Shown here piece by piece: positions 22,460 through 31,907 of a stretch of DNA of 64,000 nt. Source of the DNA: an uncultured Actinomycetota bacterium (GTDB lineage Bacteria; Actinomycetota; Actinomycetes; JAHEKZ01); assembly GCA_963743915.1 (NCBI GenBank), contig CAVURN010000002.1, positions 512,001-576,000 on the forward strand, given 5' to 3'. The position numbers and the translations under genes are program-made. The notes beneath the pieces are model-generated. The model did not search any database and had not been told where the DNA came from. It saw only the letters and a program-made list of their open reading frames with translations. Position 1 is the first letter of the stretch; each line of letters opens with the position of its first letter.

Positions 22460-22672
22460 TCACTCGGTCGGAGGGTGCAGGGACATCGGCCCGTACACCT
22501 CACGCTCTTCCTCCATCAGCGTCACCGCGTCGACACCGGCCCGCAGGAGCATCTCCCACTCCTCACCGATCCACGTCTCCGCGTCGGACTGCGAGCTGAA
22601 CGAGGGTGCCTCGCTGCCCTCGACCTCCGCCGGCGATGCATCCGTCCGCTCGTACCGCCACGTCCATGCCAT
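22460..22672 (-). CDS. Conserved small acidic actinobacterial hypothetical protein (70 aa)
   Basis: MAWTWRYE..FSSQSDAETWIGEEW..YGPMSL, pattern typical of the small gene near cobU in actinomycetes. Confidence 0.75.
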   Translation of the reverse strand: MAWTWRYERTDASPAEVEGSEAPSFSSQSDAETWIGEEWEMLLRAGVDAVTLMEEEREVYGPMSLHPPTE

Positions 22673-22789
22673 CGTCAGCACGCTCCTTCGCCAGTCATCC
22701 GTCCACGGGGCATACGTAGTGATCGCCCGGCCGGGCTTCTTTGACGCCGACCGCTCAGGTGTGATCAGATCACGCCCACAACTCCATCC

Positions 22790-22937
22790 GCCCGTTGGCG
22801 GGGGAAGTCCGGTCGAATTCCGGCGCTGACCCGCAACCGTAGGCCGCGCACGTGCTCGCACGTGTCCCGCGGCGAGCCGGGATACCCGACAACTGGCGAG
22901 CGGCTCCCTTTTTCGTCGAGGTCTACGGGGCGGAGCC
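22790..22937 (+). ncRNA. Cobalamin riboswitch
   Basis: GGGAAGTCCGGTCGAATTCCGGCGCTGACCCGCAACCGT core, B12-box GAGCCGGGATACC, downstream hairpin 22902-22937 whose loop can pair with GACCCG; precedes B12 uptake/salvage genes. Confidence 0.88.
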
Positions 22938-23047
22938 CGGGCACTCCCGCCCGTCCGCGCCCCTGCCAGCCACCCATCGGTGGCCCAGGGGCGTTGTCGT
23001 GCGGGAGACCGGGGTGCTCCGGGGATCGCTCACCCCGAGAGGTACTG

Positions 23048-24118
23048 ATGCACTTCAGCCTGCGCCGACTCACCGGCGCGCTCACGGCCGCCGCCGTCAC
23101 CGGCGGCCTGCTCCTGACCGCGCCCGTCCCGACTGCGACGGCAGCCACATCCGACGATCCTGCCCGCACCGGTCTGTTCGGCGGCCAGGACCCCACGTTC
23201 GACGGCGTCTATCGCCAGAGCCTGTCCCTCATCGCCCTGGACGCCGCGGGCGCCAGGCTTCCGGGGTCGGCGGTCAAGTGGCTGCTCCGCCAGCAGTGCC
23301 CGAACGGCAAGTTCACCTCGTTCCGGGCCGACGTGTCGGAGCCGTGCGGTGCCTACGACAGCAATGCCACCGCCCTGGCGATCATGGCACTGAAGGCGGT
23401 GGGCGAGGGTGCAGCCGCTCGCACCTCTCTGGAGTGGCTCCTGGGCAAGCAGCTGCGGAACGGGGGGTGGGAGTACAGCCCCGGGTGGAAAGCGGACGCC
23501 AGCAGCACCGGCTACGTGGTCCAGGCGATGGTCACCATGGGAGTGAAGCCGCGCTCGGTGGCCAGACGCGCGAGCGGCCCGCAGTACCTGCGCAGCGTGC
23601 AGCTTCGCTGCGAGCATGAACCAGCCAAGGAGCGAGGCGCGCTCACGTACCTCGGCACCGCCGACGCCTTCTCGACGGTGCAGGCGACCCCCGCCCTGGC
23701 CGGGGACGCACTGCCCGTCGACGCGCGGACGGTCAAGAACCGACTGCCCGCGCTCACGTGCCCCAAGGAGGGTGACCAGCCCTCGGCTGCCGCAGTCGCC
23801 GCGGGCTACCTCGGTCGAGTGATCGACGACAACGCCGGCACCGTGCCCGGCTACGGCGGAGGACCCGACTACGGCAACACCGCCAATGCCGTGCTGTCGA
23901 TGGTCGCCGCAGGATTCGGCGCCCAGCAGGTGGACGCGGCGATGGCTGCGCTCGAGGCGAACGCCGCCGACTACACGCGCGACGACGCCGACGAGGTCGT
24001 CCCGGGTGCGGCCGCGCTCGTGGTGCTGGCCGAGCTCGCCACGTCCGGCTCCCCACGTGACGTCGACGGCCTCAACCTGGTCCGCGACCTCCTGAGCTCG
24101 CGCACCCGGGCGGGCTGA
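23048..24118 (+). CDS. Secreted prenyltransferase/squalene-cyclase-repeat (alpha/alpha barrel) protein, probable cobalamin-capture protein
   Basis: Signal peptide; DPTFDGVYRQSL, WLLRQQCPNGKF, DSNATALAIMAL, WLLGKQLRNGGW; first gene after riboswitch, SD GAGAGG. Confidence 0.75.
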   Translation: MHFSLRRLTGALTAAAVTGGLLLTAPVPTATAATSDDPARTGLFGGQDPTFDGVYRQSLSLIALDAAGARLPGSAVKWLLRQQCPNGKFTSFRADVSEPCGAYDSNATALAIMALKAVGEGAAARTSLEWLLGKQLRNGGWEYSPGWKADASSTGYVVQAMVTMGVKPRSVARRASGPQYLRSVQLRCEHEPAKERGALTYLGTADAFSTVQATPALAGDALPVDARTVKNRLPALTCPKEGDQPSAAAVAAGYLGRVIDDNAGTVPGYGGGPDYGNTANAVLSMVAAGFGAQQVDAAMAALEANAADYTRDDADEVVPGAAALVVLAELATSGSPRDVDGLNLVRDLLSSRTRAG

Positions 24119-24119
24119 C

Positions 24120-25013
24120 ATGGCGACCGCGCTCCGCCGTCCCGCGCACCGGACCTTCGCACTGCTCGCGGTGCTCGTGGTCCTCGCGGGGACGGTCGGC
24201 GCGTGGGGCTCCGGCACGGCGGAAGCCTCCTCCTACCGCTACTGGTCGTACTGGATCGGCGGCGGCGACGGTTGGGGCTTCTCGACGCAAGGAGCGGCAC
24301 GACGTCCGGCGGACGGAACCGTCGACGGCTGGCGCTTCTCGATCAGCGAGGCCTCTTCGTCGACGACTCCCCCGCGCCGTGAACCGTCGTTCGCCCGGAT
24401 CTGCGGCGACACGGCACCGGTGGCCGGCAGCAAGCGGGTGGGGCTGGTGGTCGACTTCGGCACCACGTCGGACGCGCCCCCCGGCGAGACGCCGCCGGCG
24501 CTTCTGGCGCGCTGCGTGGTGGTCCCCGAGGATGCCAACGGCTACGACGTCCTCGCGACCACCGTGAGCCTCCGCACGCAGGACGGCCTGGTGTGCGGCC
24601 TCGCCGGCTACCCGACCACCGAGTGCGGCGCTCCGGTCGCCGACAGGTCGCCGACGGACGAGCCCCAGGACCCAGAAGAGACCACGGGAGCCGGTGGGGG
24701 GTCGTCCACCGGGGGGGTCGCGGGTGGCGCGGAGCCGCCGGCCACCTCCGACGGTGGGGCGGGCGAAGGTTCTGGCACCGACCGCTCCGGTGAGGACCAG
24801 CGGAGCAAGCGCAAGGACGACAAGGCCGACAGGGAGGCGGATCCCGCTCCCGATGCAGCGGTGCCGGGCGACGCGACCGCCGTCGCCGCACCCGTGGGAT
24901 CGGACGTCACCCCCTCCGGCGGGGAGGGCAGCTCCACGGCGGTGCTGGTCGGCGTCGCTCTCATCGCCGTGATCGGCGCGGCCGCGTGGGTCGTCCAACG
25001 GAGGCGCGGATGA
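24120..25013 (+). CDS. SCO2322-like surface protein (signal peptide, Cys-containing domain, linker, C-terminal anchor)
   Basis: YRYWSYW..GA..PADGTVDGWRF, KRVGLVVDFGT, LVCGLAGYP..EC; C-terminal TM followed by RRRG. Confidence 0.78.
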   Translation: MATALRRPAHRTFALLAVLVVLAGTVGAWGSGTAEASSYRYWSYWIGGGDGWGFSTQGAARRPADGTVDGWRFSISEASSSTTPPRREPSFARICGDTAPVAGSKRVGLVVDFGTTSDAPPGETPPALLARCVVVPEDANGYDVLATTVSLRTQDGLVCGLAGYPTTECGAPVADRSPTDEPQDPEETTGAGGGSSTGGVAGGAEPPATSDGGAGEGSGTDRSGEDQRSKRKDDKADREADPAPDAAVPGDATAVAAPVGSDVTPSGGEGSSTAVLVGVALIAVIGAAAWVVQRRRG

Positions 25014-26134
25014 CCCAATTTGCGCGCGCCCTGCACCCGGTTGCCTGGTGGCTGTGGGCGCTGGGACTTGCCGCAGCGGCGTCCCGGACGCTCAACCCGC
25101 TGCTGCTCGGCGCGATCATCGCGGTGGCCGCGCTGGTCGTGGCGGCGCGGCGGAGCGAGGCTCCGTGGGGCGCGAGCTTCCGCGCGTTCCTCCTGCTCGG
25201 GGTGTTCGTCCTGGGGATCCGCCTGGTGTTCGAGGTCCTCTTCGGGGCGCCGGTGCCGGGCACCACGATCGTGACGCTGCCCGAGCTGACCCTGCCGAGC
25301 TGGATGGCGGGTGCGCAGCTCGGCGGAGCCGTCACGCTCGAGGCCCTGGTCGCCGCGGTGTACGCCGGCCTGCAGCTCGTGGCGATCCTCGCGTGCGTGG
25401 GCGCCGCCAACGCGTTGGCCAACCCGACCCGGCTGCTCAAGAGCGTGCCGGGAGCGCTGTACGAGGTGGGGGTGGCCGTCGTCGTCGCGCTCACCCTCGT
25501 GCCGAGCGCCCTCGCCCACCTGCAGCGGGTGCGCGAGGCGCGACGGCTCCGGGGCCGCAGCAGCCGCGGTCTGCGAGCGGCGGCCCGGACCGCCGTGTCG
25601 GTGCTCGAGGGCGCTCTCGAGCGCTCACTGTCGCTGGCGGCTGCGATGGACTCCCGCGGGTTCGGACGCCTCAACCCGATCCCACCCGTCCAGCGACGGG
25701 TCACCACCGCCGTCACGGTGAGCGGACTCCTCGCGATCCTGGTGGGCGGGTACGCACTGCTCGACGCGGGGACCTCCGTCGGCGCCGCGATGGCGACACT
25801 GGGCGCAGGTGTGGCCCTGACCCTCGTCGGCCTGCGCCGGGCCAACCGCCGCGCGGTTCGCACCGTCTACCGGCCGGATCCCTGGCGGTGGCCCGAGCAC
25901 GCCACCGTGGCGTCGGGACTGCTGGCCGCGGTGGTCTACGCCGCTGTCGCCTCGCTCGACCCGACCGCCATGCTGCCGGCGACGTCGCCCCTGGCCTGGC
26001 CCGAGCTGCCTCTGCTGCCGCTGCTGGCCACTCTGCTGGCGGCGGCTCCGGCGTGGGTCACGCCGCCGGTGCCGCGCGACGTCCTGTCTGCCGCACCCCG
26101 GCCGGCACCTGAGCTCTCGGCGGTGGCCGCGTGA
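25010..26134 (+). CDS. ECF transporter transmembrane T component (CbiQ family)
   Basis: LHPVAWWLWA, GAANALANP, ARRLRG, AMDSRGFG; ATGA overlap. Confidence 0.9.
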   Translation: MTQFARALHPVAWWLWALGLAAAASRTLNPLLLGAIIAVAALVVAARRSEAPWGASFRAFLLLGVFVLGIRLVFEVLFGAPVPGTTIVTLPELTLPSWMAGAQLGGAVTLEALVAAVYAGLQLVAILACVGAANALANPTRLLKSVPGALYEVGVAVVVALTLVPSALAHLQRVREARRLRGRSSRGLRAAARTAVSVLEGALERSLSLAAAMDSRGFGRLNPIPPVQRRVTTAVTVSGLLAILVGGYALLDAGTSVGAAMATLGAGVALTLVGLRRANRRAVRTVYRPDPWRWPEHATVASGLLAAVVYAAVASLDPTAMLPATSPLAWPELPLLPLLATLLAAAPAWVTPPVPRDVLSAAPRPAPELSAVAA

Positions 26135-27724
26135 TCACCTTCGACGACGTCACCCTCCGGTACCAGGACGCCGCACGTCCGGCCCTCAGTCACGTCACCC
26201 TGCACATCCCCGAGGGAGAGCTCGCCCTCGTGGTCGGGCGAACCGGATCAGGCAAGTCCTCGCTGCTCCGTGCCGTGAACGGCCTCGCTCCGTCCTTCAC
26301 CGGCGGCCGCCTCTCCGGCCGCGTGACCGTCGCCGGGCGTGACACGCGCGACCACGCACCTCGCGAGCTGGCGGACGTGGTCGGCACGGTGCTGCAGGAT
26401 CCGCGCGACGGCTTCGTCACCGAGATCGTCGAGGACGAGATCGCCTACGGCATGGAGTCGCTGGGGCTGGCCGCCGACGTCATGCGCCGCCGCGTCGAGG
26501 AGGCCCTCGACCTGATGGGGCTGCACGACGTGCGAAGCCGGCCACTCCGCACGCTCTCCGGTGGCCAGCAGCAGCGCACCGCCATCGCCTCGGTGCTCGC
26601 CCAGCACCCTCGGGTGCTCGTGCTCGACGAGCCGACGTCCGCCCTCGACCCCAGCGCGGCCGAAGAGGTGCTCGCAGCGCTGCAGCGGCTCGTCCACGAC
26701 CTCGGACTGACCGTGCTGCTCGCCGAGCACCGGCTCGAGCGGGTCGTGCAGTTCGCCGACCGGATCGTGCACGTGCACGGGGGCGAGGCCACCGTCGGCG
26801 CCCCCGCCCAGGTCATGGTGGACGCCCCCGTGGCGCCTCCCGTGGTCGAGCTCGGACGCTGGGCGAAGTGGGAGCCACTCCCGCTGTCGATCCGCGATGC
26901 CCGGCGTCTGGCTGCGCCGCTGCGTGAGACGCTGCGCGCCCTGCCGGCAGCTCCGGCACCACGAGCACCCCTCGGCCGACGGGTCGCGGAGGTGAGCGGC
27001 CTGCACGTCGCCTTCGGCGACCATGTCGCGCTGCAGGACGTGACGCTGAGCCTGCACGCCGGCGAGATCGTGGCGGTGATGGGCCGCAACGGCGCCGGGA
27101 AGTCCACCCTGCTGCGCAGCCTCGTGGGTCTGACAGACCCCACGCGCGGTCGCGTGGAGGTGGGCGGCGACGCTCCGGGCGGGCTCTCCGCCGACGCACT
27201 CGTACGCACGCGTCGGCATGGTCCCTCAGGAGCCGGGCGACCTGCTGTGGCACGAGAGCGTCGAAGGTGAGTGCGGAGACTCACCCTCGCCCGACGCGGC
27301 GCGCGCGGTGTACGCCGAGCTCGCCCCCGGGGTCGACCCTCAGACACACCCCCGTGACCTGTCCGAGGGCCAACGGCTCGCGCTCGCTCTCGCGGTCGTG
27401 CTGGCGGCAGATGCTCCCCTGCTGCTGCTCGACGAGCCGACGCGGGGGCTCGACTACCCCACCAAGCACCGGCTCGTCGCCCTGCTGCGGCGCCGCGCCG
27501 CGTCCGGCCACACCGTCGTGGTCGCCACGCACGACGTCGAGCTGGCGGCCGACCTTGCGACCCGCACCGTCGTCGTCGCCGACGGTGAGATCGTCACCGA
27601 CGGCCCCACCCGAGACGTCGTGACCGCGTCTCCGCAGTTCGCCCCGCAGGTGGCCAAGATCCTGGCCCCCACGCCCTATCTCACGGTCACCGACGTCACG
27701 GCTGCGCTGGCGGTGTCCCCGTGA
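26131..27724 (+). CDS. ECF transporter ATPase with two ABC domains; frameshift ~27210
   Basis: GRTGSGKS, LSGGQQQR, LDEPT; second domain GRNGAGKST, LSEGQR, LDEPTRGLD. Confidence 0.92.
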
Positions 27725-28527
27725 CGAGTGCGCACCGGCTGACTCCCCGATCGGCGACGGCGATCGGGATCGTCTCGCTCATCGGCCTGCTCGCGTTCGG
27801 CTGGCCGCTGCTGGTCGAGCCCGGAACCTGGCTCGCGGAGAGCCCGGACGGGCCCTGGTTCTTCGCGCTGCTGGTGCCCCTGCTGCTCGCCGTGGTGCTG
27901 GCCGAGGTCTCCGAGGGAGGGATCGACGCGAAGACCATCGCGCTGCTGGGGGTGCTCACCGCTGTCGCCGCTGCGCTGCGACCGCTGTCCGGCGGCGTGA
28001 CCGGGTTCCAACCGATGTTCGTGGTGCTGGTGATCGGGGGTCGGGTGTTCGGGCCGGGGTTCGGCTTCCTGCTGGGGGCGACCTCGATGCTCACCTCCGC
28101 CCTGCTGACCGGTGGGGTCGGGCCGTGGCTGCCGTTCCAGATGCTGGGCGCGGCCTGGATCGGTCTCGGCGCCGGGCTGCTCCCCCGGGCCCGAGGACGC
28201 CGTGAGGTCGCCCTGCTGGCCGGGTACGGGGCCCTCACCGCACTGGCCTTCGGACTGCTGCTCAACCTCTGGTTCTGGCCGTTCGTCGTCGCCGACGGAA
28301 GCATCGCCTTCGTCGCGGGTGCGCCCATCACCGAGAACCTCGGTCGGCTGCTCGCCTTCACCGTGGCGACCTCCTGGGGCTTCGACATCCCGAGAGCCTT
28401 GGGGAACGCCGTACTGATCGCGCTGCTCGGTGCGCCGGCGTTGCGGGTGCTGCGGCGCGTCCACCGGGTCGCCGCCTTCGATGCGCTGCCCGAGTTCACG
28501 CCCGCACCCACCCGAGCGACCGCGTGA
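27721..28527 (+). CDS. ECF transporter substrate-specific S component (cobalamin-type by context)
   Basis: DAKTIALLGVL, GGRVFGPGFGF, GGVGPWLPFQM, GFDIPRALGN. Confidence 0.87.
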   Translation: MTSAHRLTPRSATAIGIVSLIGLLAFGWPLLVEPGTWLAESPDGPWFFALLVPLLLAVVLAEVSEGGIDAKTIALLGVLTAVAAALRPLSGGVTGFQPMFVVLVIGGRVFGPGFGFLLGATSMLTSALLTGGVGPWLPFQMLGAAWIGLGAGLLPRARGRREVALLAGYGALTALAFGLLLNLWFWPFVVADGSIAFVAGAPITENLGRLLAFTVATSWGFDIPRALGNAVLIALLGAPALRVLRRVHRVAAFDALPEFTPAPTRATA

Positions 28528-29873
28528 GAGTGCGCCTGCTCGGCACGGGGTCCGCCGACGGGTGGCCCAATCCGTTCTGCACCTGCGCGTCCTGCGCCGA
28601 CGCGCGGCTGACCGGTGCGGTGCGCGGTCAGACCGGCGCCCTGGTCGACGACTCGGTGCTCATCGACTGCGGACCGGAGATCCCCGCCGCCGCCTCGCGG
28701 GCAGGGATCGACCTGACCGGGGTGCGGACCTTGCTCTTCACCCATCAGCACCCGGACCACGTCGGTCCTGCTGTGCTGCTCTTCCGGCACTGGGCACGAC
28801 GAGTCGAACCCCTCGCCGTGTACGCACCGCAGCGGGTGATCGAAGAGCTGCGCCACTGGGTCGCACCGACGGATCCGGTCACGTTCCACGGCGTCACTGC
28901 GGCCGACACCGTCACGTTCGACGGCTACACGGTGCGCACGCTGCCGGCCGACCACGGTGACGTCACGACCGGCGAGGCGGTGCTCTTCGAGCTCACCGCC
29001 CCGGACCGGCGGCGGCTGCTGTACGCCACTGACACCGGTCCGCTCACTGACGACGCGGTGGACGCCCTCCGTGGGAGGCCGCTGGACCTGGTGCTGCTCG
29101 AGGAGACGTTCGGCGACCACGTCACGCACGGGACCCGCCACCTCGACCTGACCACCTTCCCGGACCAGCTGCGCAGGCTGCGCGAAGTGGGCGCACTGGT
29201 CGATGCGACCGACGTGGTCGCCGTCCACCTCTCGCACCACAATCCGCCGACCTCCGAGCTGGCGCGGCGCCTGGCGGCATGGGGAGCGCGGGTCGTCCCC
29301 GACGGCACTGTCATCGACGTCGGCGCAACGGCAGCCTCGCGACCGGCACTCCCCCACCGGACGTTGGTCATCGGCGGAGCGCGGTCGGGCAAGTCGCGGC
29401 ACGCCGAGCAGATGGTCACCGCCTCGTCCCGAGTCACCTACGTGGCGACCGGACCGACCGATGACGGCGACCCGACGTGGTCGGCGCGGGTCGAGTCACA
29501 CCGACGGCGACGGCCCGGTCACTGGACGACGCGCGAGACGACGGACGTGGCCGGCGTCCTGGCGTCGGCGTCTCCGGGCGAGGTGGTGCTCGTCGACTGC
29601 TTGACCCTGTGGCTCACACGGGTCATGGACGACGCCGGCGCGTGGGACGGTGACCTCGCTCTGGTCGACAAGCAGGTCGACCAGCTGCTCGACGCCTGGC
29701 GCGCCACGCGCGCCACTGTCGTCGCCGTCAGCAACGAGGTGGGACAGGGCGTCGTGCCCTCCACGGCGTCCGGCAGACTCTTCCGCGACGCGCAGGGACG
29801 ACTCAACGCGCGCCTGGCCCGCGAGGCCGACGAGGTCGTCATGATGGTGGCCGGGCGTCCGGTCCGCCTGTGA
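28524..29873 (+). CDS. cobU: Fusion: PhnP-like MBL metallo-hydrolase + adenosylcobinamide kinase/cobinamide-phosphate guanylyltransferase
   Basis: N-term [42 protein letters not shown]; C-term [46 protein letters not shown]; one open frame of 449 aa. Confidence 0.88.
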   Translation: MRVRLLGTGSADGWPNPFCTCASCADARLTGAVRGQTGALVDDSVLIDCGPEIPAAASRAGIDLTGVRTLLFTHQHPDHVGPAVLLFRHWARRVEPLAVYAPQRVIEELRHWVAPTDPVTFHGVTAADTVTFDGYTVRTLPADHGDVTTGEAVLFELTAPDRRRLLYATDTGPLTDDAVDALRGRPLDLVLLEETFGDHVTHGTRHLDLTTFPDQLRRLREVGALVDATDVVAVHLSHHNPPTSELARRLAAWGARVVPDGTVIDVGATAASRPALPHRTLVIGGARSGKSRHAEQMVTASSRVTYVATGPTDDGDPTWSARVESHRRRRPGHWTTRETTDVAGVLASASPGEVVLVDCLTLWLTRVMDDAGAWDGDLALVDKQVDQLLDAWRATRATVVAVSNEVGQGVVPSTASGRLFRDAQGRLNARLAREADEVVMMVAGRPVRL

Positions 29874-29886
29874 GCGGAGGTCACTG

Positions 29887-31018
29887 GTGGACATCGACCT
29901 GAAGCAGTTCCGCGACGCGATCGTCCGACCCGACGACGACGCGCGACGCGAGGCCGAAGCGCGCCAACGCCTGCTGACCAAGCCGGCCGGGGCCCTGGGG
30001 CGTCTCGAGAAGCTGTCGACGTGGGTGGCCTCCGTGCAAGGACAGTGTCCGCCGCACGCCCTCGAGCGCGCGCGAGTGGTGGTCTTCGCCGGGGACCACG
30101 GGGTGGCGGCGAGCGGCGTCTCGGCCTACCCGCCGGAGGTCACCGCGCAGATGGTGCAGAACTTCGTCGACGGCGGCGCCGCCGTCAACGTCCTCGCGCG
30201 GACCCTGGGCGCCACGGTGCGGGTGGTCGACATGGCGGTTGCGGTGTCGCTCCCCGGGCTGCCCGACGACGTGGTGCGTCACAAAGTGCGTCAAGGTTCC
30301 GGAAACATCGCCGTCGAGGACGCCCTCACCCGTGACGAGGTCGAGGCAGCCTTCGCTGCCGGTGTCGCGATCGCCGATGAGGAGGTCGACGCCGGCGCCG
30401 ACCTCCTCATCCCCGGCGACATGGGGATCGGGAACACGACACCGGCGGCAGCACTGATCGGGCTGCTCGGATCCCGGGACGCCGCTGCCGTCACGGGTCG
30501 CGGGAACGGGCATCGACGACGAGGCGTGGATGCGCAAGGCCGCGGCGGTGCGCGACGCGATGCGACGCGGACGCAGCGTCAAGGCCGACCAGCTCGCGCT
30601 GCTCGCCACGGTCGGTGGGGCCGACTTCGCGGCGATGACCGGATTTCTGCTGCAGGCAGCCGTCCGCAGAACTCCGGTGATCCTCGACGGCGTGGTCTCA
30701 GGCGCCTGCGCCATGGTGGCGCACCGCGTCGCGTACCGGTGCGCGAAGTGGTGGCAGGCGGGTCATCTGTCGGTCGAGCCGGCGCACGAGTACGTGCTCG
30801 CGCGGCTGCAGCTCGAGCCCCTGCTCGACTACCAGCTGCGGCTCGGCGAGGGGACGGGTGCGCTGCTGGCGTTGCCACTCGTCCGCGCGGCTCAAGCCAC
30901 ACTCGCGGAGATGGCCACCTTCGAGGACGCCGGGGTCGCCTCGCTCCCCCCGATCGACGAGGCACCTACCCCCGTGGACGACGAGCAGGACGACGCCGAC
31001 CACTTCGGCCGGAGGTAG
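29887..31018 (+). CDS. cobT: Nicotinate-nucleotide--dimethylbenzimidazole phosphoribosyltransferase; frameshift ~30505
   Basis: [33 protein letters not shown] / [16 protein letters not shown]. Confidence 0.93.
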
Positions 31019-31794
31019 TGGTGCTCGACGGGCTCCGTCTGTCGTTCGGCACCTTGAGCCTGCTGCCGGTCGGCCACCCCACGTCCGTCGACCGCCGCAC
31101 CTGGGGCCGGGCCGTGCTCGTCGCTCCCTGCGTCGGCGTGGTCGTCGGTGCCCTCGCGTGGGCAGCAGCCGTCGGCGTGACCACCCTCGGCGGGTCATCG
31201 TTGCTCGCCGCCGTCGCAGTGGTCGGTGTCCTGGCTGTCCTGACGCGCGGGCTGCACCTCGACGGCTTGGCGGACGTGGCAGACGGTCTCGGCAGCCGCA
31301 GGGCACCCGCCGACGCGCGTGCGGTCATGCGTCAGTCGGACGTCGGACCGTTCGGAGTCGTGGCACTGACACTGGCGCTGCTGACACAGGTCGCGGCGCT
31401 GGCGCCGCTGCTGTCGGGAGACGCAGGGTCTGCGGCGGTCGCGGTGATCGGCGCCTGCGTGGTGAGTCGCGCCGCCGTCACATGGGCCTGCAGGACGGGA
31501 GTGGCGCCGGCCGACACTTCCGGCCTGGGCAGTGCCGTGGCCGGGAGCGTCCGCACCGCCGCGGCCGCGGCGACTGTCCTCGCAAGCGTCGGCGTCGTGG
31601 TCGCGTCCGCAGCCCTGCTCGGCGGGGCGGCCGACGGCTGGCGCTCCGCCGTCGCCGCGACGATCGCGCTGATCGTGGCCGAGCTCTGGCGTCAGCACTG
31701 CAGCCGTCGTCTCGGTGGACTCACCGGCGACGTCCTCGGCGCGACCGAACAGGTGACGTGGACCAGCTTTGTCGTCGCCCTCTCACTCGCCTGA
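31018..31794 (+). CDS. cobS: Adenosylcobinamide-GDP ribazoletransferase (cobalamin synthase)
   Basis: [37 protein letters not shown]. Confidence 0.93.
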   Translation: MVLDGLRLSFGTLSLLPVGHPTSVDRRTWGRAVLVAPCVGVVVGALAWAAAVGVTTLGGSSLLAAVAVVGVLAVLTRGLHLDGLADVADGLGSRRAPADARAVMRQSDVGPFGVVALTLALLTQVAALAPLLSGDAGSAAVAVIGACVVSRAAVTWACRTGVAPADTSGLGSAVAGSVRTAAAAATVLASVGVVVASAALLGGAADGWRSAVAATIALIVAELWRQHCSRRLGGLTGDVLGATEQVTWTSFVVALSLA

Positions 31795-31907
31795 ACGCAG
31801 AGGCCTTGACCTTCGCCGACGACACATTCGGCACCAGGGAGTGTCACCCTGAGGGACACTCGGCACGCTGTGGGCCCACCCAAGGGGACACTCGGCGGGT
31901 TGTGGGA

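Noticed and set aside
29887-31794. Apparent 635-aa CobT-CobS fusion ORF
   Set aside because: Caused by the ~30505 indel; the true CobT C-terminus is in another frame ending at 31018 and the intervening translation is non-protein-like.
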